Positions 8,174 to 15,404 of a stretch of DNA of 23,611 nucleotides are shown here, piece by piece. Origin of the DNA: Myxococcota bacterium (GTDB lineage Bacteria > Myxococcota_A > UBA796 > GCA-2862545). How positions within the stretch are numbered: position 1 is the stretch's first letter; each line of letters opens with the position of its first letter. Under the pieces are notes generated by a model. That model made no database searches. It saw nothing but the letters and a program-made list of their open reading frames with translations, and was not told the DNA's origin. Position numbers and translations under genes: made by a program. The stretch spans positions 1-23,611 of the forward strand of contig JBCCQY010000146.1 in assembly GCA_039208735.1 (NCBI GenBank), given 5' to 3'.

Positions 8174-9502
8174 ATGGAACAAGTGTTGGGAAGTGAAGTG
8201 GTGTTTTCTGTTCTTCGGCGAAGAGGGTTTTGGCTAGGGCTGCTTCTGTGGGGGAGCCCGGCTGCGGCTCAACAGCCGCTCGGAGCGTTTCTCGATGCGG
8301 CGGCGTCAGGGTCGTTGGACCGTGCGACGGCAGAGCTTGAAGCGCGTGAGGCACTGGCTCGACGCACGGTGGCGAGGTCTGCGCTTCTGCCGAGGTTGTC
8401 GGCAACCGCGGGCTACACCCGCAACCAAGTCGAGGTGGCTGCGACGTTCCCTGGCCCAGAGGGGACGCTGGAGTCCGCGGTGATCAGTGCCCAAGACCAG
8501 CTGGACGCGACGCTCCGTGCGGACTGGACGTTGGTCGACGCATCGGCAATGGCCAACATCCGCAGTGTGGATGCCCAACTCGACGCAGCTCGGTACCAGG
8601 CACAAGATGCGCAGATCACGGTAGAACGGGCGGTCGTTGTGGCCTACCACCGACTGGCGGCGGCCCGACATGTGGCGGCCGCAGCTCAGCGCAGCGTCGA
8701 GATCGCGATGCGAAACGAAGCGGTGGTCGAGTCACAGATGGCCTCTGGCCGGGCCGCCCGACTCGATGGCGATCGCGCAAGGGCGGACCTTGCTCGGGCA
8801 GAACAGCAAGCCGCCGAAGCAGCCCTCGAAGTGGCGCTGGCGAGCCGCGAGCTGACGGTCCTGACGAACCTGGAGCCCACCGACGGGTTGATCGATCTGA
8901 CGGTGGAGGCAGAAGCGCTTCAACCCGTGGAGACCTACCTGGACAATGCGCAGGCGCATCCACGCGTTCGTGGCGCACAGGCCCAGGTGGTGGCGGCGCG
9001 GCGCGGGGAACGCTCGTCGAAGTTAGCGGTCGTGCCCTCGGTCTCGGCCTTCGGGCAGGAGCGGTTCTCGAACTCGGCCGGGTTCGGACCCGACGCGCTC
9101 TGGTCGGCCGGCGTATCGGCACAGTGGCGCTTTGATGCAGGCCGGCCGGCTCAGGCGGTGGAAGCGTCCCGCGCCACCCAGCGCGCCGTGGTCGCGAAGC
9201 AGCGGACAGAGCAAGCCATCACGACGTCGATTCACGATGCATGGCACCGGGTGCGGGCGTCCCAAGCCCGGCTGGTCGCAGCTCGAGCCGAGGAACTGGC
9301 GCGAAGCCGCGCCGCCGAGATCGCGCAGAGCCGCCTCGATACCGGAGCCGGCTCATCGCTCGAACGCTCGGTTGCCGAACGGGATCGGTTCGATGCCGAA
9401 GTCAGTCGAATTCGCGCTGAAGCCGATCTTCGCACAGATCAACTGTCGCTTCGGTTGGTGGCAGGACTGCCCATCGTGCTCAAATCAGAGGTGACGCCAT
9501 GA
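8174..9502 (+). CDS. TolC family outer membrane efflux protein
   Basis: Signal peptide (RRRGFWLGLLLWGSPAAA), ARSALLPRLSATAGY, Ala-rich helices and a two-fold OEP repeat pattern. The start could be a few codons downstream. Confidence 0.88.
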   Translation: MEQVLGSEVVFSVLRRRGFWLGLLLWGSPAAAQQPLGAFLDAAASGSLDRATAELEAREALARRTVARSALLPRLSATAGYTRNQVEVAATFPGPEGTLESAVISAQDQLDATLRADWTLVDASAMANIRSVDAQLDAARYQAQDAQITVERAVVVAYHRLAAARHVAAAAQRSVEIAMRNEAVVESQMASGRAARLDGDRARADLARAEQQAAEAALEVALASRELTVLTNLEPTDGLIDLTVEAEALQPVETYLDNAQAHPRVRGAQAQVVAARRGERSSKLAVVPSVSAFGQERFSNSAGFGPDALWSAGVSAQWRFDAGRPAQAVEASRATQRAVVAKQRTEQAITTSIHDAWHRVRASQARLVAARAEELARSRAAEIAQSRLDTGAGSSLERSVAERDRFDAEVSRIRAEADLRTDQLSLRLVAGLPIVLKSEVTP

Positions 9503-10653
9503 CGCGGCTCAGCCCTTGGGGACGTCGAGAATCCATGCTGCGGCTCGGCATTTCGATGATGTTCCACGACCGTTCGAAGCTGTTGGGCACATCGCTCGGG
9601 GTCATCTTTGCGACGGTTTTGATGATCCAGCAGGTGGGAACCCTCTTCGGACTGCTCTACAAGAACACCCAGTTCGTCGACAACGCAGCCGCAGACATCT
9701 GGATCGTTCCCCCAGCGACGCAGCAAGCCCTCCCCGGCTCGGCGATTCCGTTCAGCGTGCTGCCGCGTACTCGCGTGACGGAAGGGGTGGATTGGGCCGA
9801 ACCGCTCCTCATGGGCGGAGCAGCCATGATGCGGCCCGATGGAGGCCGGGAAGGCCTCACCCTCGTGGGCACGACGTTGCCCCGCCTCGCGGGAGGGCCT
9901 TGGGCGATGGTGGCCGGCGAGGCCAAAAGCATCGCCACGGCCGACACCGTGATCGTCGATGATGGCCAGCGCGCAGCACTCGGGGGCGTCAACCTGGGCA
10001 GCATCCGGGAGTTGTCAGGACGGAAGGTGACGATCGAAGGCTTCACCTGGGGCCTCATTCCCTTTGGCCCTGGCTATGCGTTCGCTGGCTACGAAACCGC
10101 TCGCAGCATTCTCAGGTTGCCTTCTGACCAAACCAGCTTTGTCCTCGTTGGGGTCAAGCCGAACGGTTCGCCTGAGGCGGTGGCCGCGGAACTTCGAAGG
10201 GTGCTTGGTCCCGAGGTCGAGGTCTACACCAAGCAAGGCTTCCACGATGCCATCGTCAGCTACCTGCTCGGGGCTCAAATCGGCATCACCTTTGGAACCT
10301 CCACCGCCTTTGCCCTGATCGTAGGCTTCGTCATCGTGTCGTTGTCGATGTTCTCTGCGGTGGTCGACAACGTGCGCGAGTTTGGCGTCCTCAAAGCCAT
10401 GGGGGCCACCAACCTTGACCTTACGGTGCTCCTCCTCGGTCAGGCAAGCATCTACGCAGTCACTGGCACCACCATAGGCCTGTTCCTCGCCACCCTGATG
10501 GCAGAGGGCATCCGAAGCGCCAATCTCGTGCTGGTGTTGCCTTCGGAGCTGCTCTTTGGGGCATACGGGCTCATGGCTGTTCTGTGCGCTGCGGCCAGCA
10601 TGCTCGCCATTTTCCGTGTCCGCAACATCGAACCGGGGATGGTGTTCCGATGA
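9499..10653 (+). CDS. ABC transporter permease, FtsX/MacB-like (DevC-like)
   Basis: HDRSKLLGTSLGVIFATVLMIQQ, ADIWIV, REFGVLKAMGA and terminal IEPGMVFR. ATGA overlap with tolC and GAGGTG RBS. Confidence 0.92.
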   Translation: MTRLSPWGRRESMLRLGISMMFHDRSKLLGTSLGVIFATVLMIQQVGTLFGLLYKNTQFVDNAAADIWIVPPATQQALPGSAIPFSVLPRTRVTEGVDWAEPLLMGGAAMMRPDGGREGLTLVGTTLPRLAGGPWAMVAGEAKSIATADTVIVDDGQRAALGGVNLGSIRELSGRKVTIEGFTWGLIPFGPGYAFAGYETARSILRLPSDQTSFVLVGVKPNGSPEAVAAELRRVLGPEVEVYTKQGFHDAIVSYLLGAQIGITFGTSTAFALIVGFVIVSLSMFSAVVDNVREFGVLKAMGATNLDLTVLLLGQASIYAVTGTTIGLFLATLMAEGIRSANLVLVLPSELLFGAYGLMAVLCAAASMLAIFRVRNIEPGMVFR

Positions 10654-11333
10654 TCGCTGTCGAAGCCACCGGGGTCACGAAGACCTACGGCGAAGGTGCC
10701 GTTGCCTACCAGGCGCTGCGAGGGGTTGACTTTTCCGCGAACCAGGGCGAGCTGGTCATGCTCAACGGCCCGTCGGGAAGTGGCAAAACCACGTTGTTGT
10801 CGATCCTCGGCTGTGTCCTGACGGCCAGCACGGGCCACGTCACGCTGTTTGGGGAGCCCATCACGAATCGTCGCGAGGCCGATCTGCCCGCGCTGCGCCT
10901 GTCTCTGGTTGGGTTCATCTTCCAAGGTCACAACCTTATCGATGCCCTGACGGCCCGTCAGAACGTGGCGTTGCCCCTTCAAATGCGAGGCTGGTCGCGT
11001 CGTGGAGCCCTCGAGGAGGCCGACCGGATGTTGGCCAAGGTGGGCCTCGCCGACAAGATCGACCGCCAGAGTGCCGAGCTTTCGGGCGGTCAGAAACAAC
11101 GGGTCGCCGTTGCCCGAGCCCTTGCCGGAGCTCCGCCGTTGATCTTGGCGGACGAACCTACGGCAAGTCTCGATGCCGAGACCGGCCTTCAGGTGACGCA
11201 GCTGCTGCGTGGGCTCGCCAAGGAACAAGGCCACACCGTCATTATCGTCACACACGACAACCGAATCTTCCATCTCGCGGACCGCATCGTTCACATCGAG
11301 GACGGCCGCATCGTCACCTCCGAGGAGGACTGA
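10650..11333 (+). CDS. ABC transporter ATP-binding protein (LolD/DevA-like)
   Basis: Walker A GPSGSGKTT, GFIFQ, signature LSGGQKQR, ILADEPTASLD and VTHD. Start 10650 chosen from the ATGA overlap. Confidence 0.95.
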   Translation: MIAVEATGVTKTYGEGAVAYQALRGVDFSANQGELVMLNGPSGSGKTTLLSILGCVLTASTGHVTLFGEPITNRREADLPALRLSLVGFIFQGHNLIDALTARQNVALPLQMRGWSRRGALEEADRMLAKVGLADKIDRQSAELSGGQKQRVAVARALAGAPPLILADEPTASLDAETGLQVTQLLRGLAKEQGHTVIIVTHDNRIFHLADRIVHIEDGRIVTSEED

Positions 11334-11336
11334 AGC

Positions 11337-12452
11337 ATGAGTTTCCTTCGTAAGAACGCGGTGCCCCTCGTTGCGGTGTCGGCCGGTCTGCTCATGGTGG
11401 TGGGCATTCTGCGGTTTGCCCTAGGCGCACCGGCGACCGAACCCCGCGATAGCGACCGGGTCGTGGCAGAACGGGTGGCTGCTTCATCGAACGACCTCCG
11501 GGTCCAACGACCGGAGGGCGACTGGCTTGGAGGACTCGGGATCATCGAGCCCGCGAGTCCGGAACGGAAGCTGGCGCCGGCCGTCCCTGGGCGAGTCGCA
11601 GCGGTGTATGTCGACGAGGGCGATTGGGTCGAGCCGGGCACGGTCCTGCTCGAACTCGAGAGCACGGTGGAACGATCGGCACTCGCTTCGGCCGAAGCCG
11701 ATGTGAGGGCGGCCGAACTGGAACTTGCGCGAACGGGAGGCCGGGTCCGAAGCCAGGACCTCGCCGCCTTGCGGGGGGATGCGGAAGCCGCTGAGGCACG
11801 AGCCGCCTTGTCACAAGCGGCGTTTGAGCGTCTCGAAGCGACGTTCGGCTCGGGCGGGGTCTCCCCGGAAGAACTGGACCGGGCCAAGCGTCAGGCCGAG
11901 CAAGACCGATCGACGGCCGATGCGGTGCGGGCCCGGCTGCAGTCGGCAGAAGATGCCCGCCCGCTCGATGTTCGTGTGGCCCAAGCGCGTCTCGCCTCGG
12001 CCCAAGCCCGTCGGGACCAGGCGAAGGGAGCGGTTGGACTTCGTCAAGTCGTGGCCCCGGTGCAGGGCGAGGTGCTTGAGGTGTTGATCGGGAGCGGAGA
12101 GTACGCCCAGCCGGGAGGCTCGGAGCCCGTGATGATCATGGGTGACACGCGATCGCGAAAAGCCCGCATCGACATCGACGAGCGGGATCTGGCGAAGCTG
12201 TCGGAGGGGGCTCGGGTGCTCGTGCGCGCCGACGCGTACCCCGATCGTCTGTTTGAGGGGCGAGTCGAATCGGTGGGGCGTCGCATGGGCCGCAAGAACG
12301 TCCGGACGGATGAGCCCACCCAGCGCATCGACGTCAAGATCCTGGAGGTGGTGGTCGACCTGGGACAGGCCGCCCGGCTCATCGTGGGACAGCGCGTGAT
12401 GGCCTACGTGGAAGCCTCAGACGCCACGGAAGAGGTCGCTGACGTGCTTTAA
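11337..12452 (+). CDS. HlyD family periplasmic adaptor (membrane fusion protein)
   Basis: N-terminal TM, lipoyl half-motifs PGRVAAVYVDEGDWVEPGTVL and VAPVQGEV flanking a long coiled coil, and DAYPDRLFEGRV. Confidence 0.92.
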   Translation: MSFLRKNAVPLVAVSAGLLMVVGILRFALGAPATEPRDSDRVVAERVAASSNDLRVQRPEGDWLGGLGIIEPASPERKLAPAVPGRVAAVYVDEGDWVEPGTVLLELESTVERSALASAEADVRAAELELARTGGRVRSQDLAALRGDAEAAEARAALSQAAFERLEATFGSGGVSPEELDRAKRQAEQDRSTADAVRARLQSAEDARPLDVRVAQARLASAQARRDQAKGAVGLRQVVAPVQGEVLEVLIGSGEYAQPGGSEPVMIMGDTRSRKARIDIDERDLAKLSEGARVLVRADAYPDRLFEGRVESVGRRMGRKNVRTDEPTQRIDVKILEVVVDLGQAARLIVGQRVMAYVEASDATEEVADVL

Positions 12453-13435
12453 AAGAGGAAGACCACGACGCAGCCCGCGAGCAGTGCCACGGTAGGGACT
12501 GCGACGAGGGCGGCCACCAGCCCAAGGCCCTCGGTCGACTTCATGACGACCAAGTCTTGGGCGACTTCGAGCGGCCCTCCGAATCCCGCCATGATGGCGT
12601 TCAGGTGCTCGAGGACTTCATCGCAGGTTTGAATTCGCTGATCGGGTGCCGCCACCACGAGCTGCTGGATGAGTTCGTACAGTTTCGGCGGTAATCCCGG
12701 GGCGAGCTGTTCGGGCGATGTGTAGCGGTCGCTGTGCTGGGCGGCCAAGGTGTCGAAGGTGGAGAGACCTGCGAAGGGAGCGACCCCACAGACCAACTCG
12801 TAGAGAATGCAGCCCAACGAGTAGAGGTCGGTGCGATGATCGACGCTTGATGCGTCGCGGACCTGCTCGGGAGCGGCGTAGCCCGCGGTTCCCAATGCCG
12901 TGTTGATGGTGGTGAGGCCTCCAAACCGATTGCTGTCCGCGGCCAGAGCCTTGGCGAGACCAAAGTCGGCGATTCGAGGTGTCAGTTCCCCATCGGAGGA
13001 CGGCTGGAGGCGGACGTTGGATGGCTGCAAGTCCCGATGAACCACTTGGTTGTTGTGAGCGTGCTGAACCCCGAGCACGAGGCCACGAAAGAGGCCAAGC
13101 GTCTGTTGGATGGGGGGCGTGGAACTGCGCAACCACTCCGCGAGCGTCGGACCTTCCACGAATTCGCTGACCAATGCCGGAGCCCCCTCGATGTCGAGGG
13201 CCTCGGTCGCCGCAATGATGTTGGGATGCCGAAGTTCATCGCGGAACACGGCCTCCTGCTCAACGCGGATGCGTCGCCGGGCGTCGGTCACCCATAGGAC
13301 CTTGACCTCGTGCCAGGTGCGCCGCTTTGTGTGCTTGGCGAGGTACACCCCCACCTGGTCCCGCGAAGAAAGTAGGCTATCGATCTGGTAGTCAGCGTAG
13401 ATGCTGCCTGGTTCGAGATCTCGGTTCGGTTCCAT
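12449..13435 (-). CDS. Hanks-type Ser/Thr protein kinase with C-terminal TM; Gly-rich loop degenerate (possible pseudokinase)
   Basis: EVK, LRHPNI, HRDLQPSN, IADFG, GTAGYAAPEQ, DLYSLG and a hydrophobic C-terminus. Its stop overlaps the MFP stop (TTAA 12449-12452). Confidence 0.92.
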   Translation of the reverse strand: MEPNRDLEPGSIYADYQIDSLLSSRDQVGVYLAKHTKRRTWHEVKVLWVTDARRRIRVEQEAVFRDELRHPNIIAATEALDIEGAPALVSEFVEGPTLAEWLRSSTPPIQQTLGLFRGLVLGVQHAHNNQVVHRDLQPSNVRLQPSSDGELTPRIADFGLAKALAADSNRFGGLTTINTALGTAGYAAPEQVRDASSVDHRTDLYSLGCILYELVCGVAPFAGLSTFDTLAAQHSDRYTSPEQLAPGLPPKLYELIQQLVVAAPDQRIQTCDEVLEHLNAIMAGFGGPLEVAQDLVVMKSTEGLGLVAALVAVPTVALLAGCVVVFLF

Positions 13436-13622
13436 GCCGGTTTCCCTGCGGTGGTGGCCCTAATGTAAGCAAGCCGGCCCGAAACGGGGTTCGTTGAGCG
13501 GCGGCGCTTCACGGGAGAGGCGTGCAGCTTGGCATGCCTCTTGCGACTGGGGTAGCCCTTGAGACGGTCGAATGGGCGTGACGCGATGGTCAAGGGCGAA
13601 CTTGCCAGCGGGGGAGGCGAGG

Positions 13623-15377
13623 ATGAAGGAGGCTAGGCCCATCCAGGGGGCCCTCATTGGGTTTTCCGGAGGACTTGCGATCCTCGTAGCCACGCTGGCG
13701 CTCGAGGTGTACGCGCGAGGCTGGCCGGTTCAAGGCGGACTCCTTCGACTCCAACTCGAGTCCGTCGCGGTCTGGGTCCTCGAGTCGATGCCGGTCCTTC
13801 TCGCGGGAGCCGCCTACGTCGTCATGATGCCCGCCGATACGCCGATGGAGCTTCCGGTGGGCCGCACGCGAGCCGGGGTTCGGCAGCAAAACGAAGCGAA
13901 GGAAGCCAAGAACCCTGCGGAGCCTTCGTCGGCGCCCTTGGCCTTGCCAGGGCCCACCAGCGCCCCGCTGTCGAGCGGACAAAACCCAAGCGGTGGCCTT
14001 GCCCAGACGAGCCCTGTGTCTGCGCCGAATGCGGCTCCCGTTTCGGGAGGGTTGCCCACCGCCTCCAACCCACCGCTGTTTACCCCGTCGACGGGCGGCA
14101 ATGCAGTGACGGCGAGCCCGGTGAGTAGTGGAGGTGGAATCTCCGCAGGAGCAGCGGTCACAACGCCACTTCCTCCGCCGCCTCCGGTCCCCGATGCACT
14201 GCGCTCGGCCAACCTTTTGGGGCAGTCAGGGACCGATCATCGGGTCCGCGCGCTCCAGGAACTGGTGAAAGCGCTGAAGGAAACTGCGGCTCACGCCAGT
14301 GAGGAGAGCCTTGCGAAGAGCGCCATGCTTACGAACCTCACCGAGGAACTTCGAACCCCACTCTCCGAGATTGTAGGAGTGGCCGAGATGCTCGCGGAGG
14401 AGACGAAGAATCCCTCGCAGACCACGGCCGCCCTCGAGACGGATCTGCGCAAGGTCGCGGGGGCCGGCCGCTACCTCGTCCGGCTGATCAACGAGATTCT
14501 GGATCTCTCGCGCATCGAAGTGGGGCAGTTGGCCTTGGTGATGGAGGACGTGGATCTGGCGCAGGTGATGGAGGAGATTCGGGCCTCCATGGACGTGAAT
14601 TCGTCGTCGCGGCTTTCGACGCACCTCGACCCCCCAGCGCGCATGGCCCGAGGAGACCACATGCGCGTGCGGCAGGTGCTCCTCGCCTTGGTTCGGGATG
14701 CCACGGAGGCTTCCGATGGCGGCCCGGTCACCGTCACCATCGAGACCGGCAAAGGCAACGGCATCGAGATTCGGGTCAGGGACACCGGGCCGCCCATGAC
14801 CGAGGCCCAGATCGAGCGGCTCCTCCAGCGACACCCCTCTGACCTGTCGCGACATCCCCACGAACGACGGGGGCTGGGGTTGGCCGTCGGTCGACGACTC
14901 GCCGAACTGATGGGCGGTCAGCTGCAGGGACGTTCCGACGGATCTCGTGGCTGTGAATTCATGCTGGTGCTGCCTGCGCCTCGGATTTCCGCGGACAAGG
15001 TTCGGCCACGATCCACGATCGCACTCAACGAGAGATTGTCGGGCATGCACCTTGTGTTGGCCGACGCCGAGCCCGCTTCGAGGCCTCTCGCCTCGTTCCT
15101 CGCTCGGGCTGGCCTGCATGTCGATCATGTGGGTGGGGTGGCTGAAGGCCGTCTTGCCAGTGAGAAAGCACCAGATTTGGCTGTGATCGACGTGGGACTC
15201 ACCGGAGGCTGGGACTTTGTGGAGGACCTTCTTGAGCGGAAGGTCAGAGTCGTCGTTACGTCCCTCCGCGACGAAGATGTCGAGCCTGCATTGCAACGCG
15301 GTGTGACCGCCTTCTTGGTGCGTCCAGTCGACCGTAAGCTCGCCCTCGCTACGCTGGAACGGTGCCTCGACGACTGA
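13623..15377 (+). CDS. Hybrid sensor kinase-like protein (2 TM, Pro-rich linker, HisKA, HATPase, receiver) lacking the phospho-acceptor His
   Basis: AKSAMLTNLTEELRTPL, LINEILDLSRIEVGQL, VRDTG, GLGLAVGRRLAELMGG and receiver PDLAVID. ATG 13623 follows GGGGAGGCGAGG; 13572 is an alternative start. Confidence 0.88.
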   Translation: MKEARPIQGALIGFSGGLAILVATLALEVYARGWPVQGGLLRLQLESVAVWVLESMPVLLAGAAYVVMMPADTPMELPVGRTRAGVRQQNEAKEAKNPAEPSSAPLALPGPTSAPLSSGQNPSGGLAQTSPVSAPNAAPVSGGLPTASNPPLFTPSTGGNAVTASPVSSGGGISAGAAVTTPLPPPPPVPDALRSANLLGQSGTDHRVRALQELVKALKETAAHASEESLAKSAMLTNLTEELRTPLSEIVGVAEMLAEETKNPSQTTAALETDLRKVAGAGRYLVRLINEILDLSRIEVGQLALVMEDVDLAQVMEEIRASMDVNSSSRLSTHLDPPARMARGDHMRVRQVLLALVRDATEASDGGPVTVTIETGKGNGIEIRVRDTGPPMTEAQIERLLQRHPSDLSRHPHERRGLGLAVGRRLAELMGGQLQGRSDGSRGCEFMLVLPAPRISADKVRPRSTIALNERLSGMHLVLADAEPASRPLASFLARAGLHVDHVGGVAEGRLASEKAPDLAVIDVGLTGGWDFVEDLLERKVRVVVTSLRDEDVEPALQRGVTAFLVRPVDRKLALATLERCLDD

Positions 15378-15387
15378 GCGGCGCCTT

Positions 15388-15404
15388 GCTGAACAAATGT
15401 TAAG
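15388..15404. promoter_or_regulatory. Putative LexA (SOS) box
   Basis: GCTGAACAAATGTTAAG matches 16/17 positions of the reverse complement of the Myxococcus xanthus consensus CTRHAMRYBYGTTCAGS (recalled from memory). The core is GAAC-N4-GTTA. It lies directly upstream of uvrA. Confidence 0.7.

Noticed and set aside
7955..8182. 75-aa minus-strand ORF in the tetR-tolC gap
   Set aside because: It has atypical composition, spans the repeat and the putative operator, and shows no family features.
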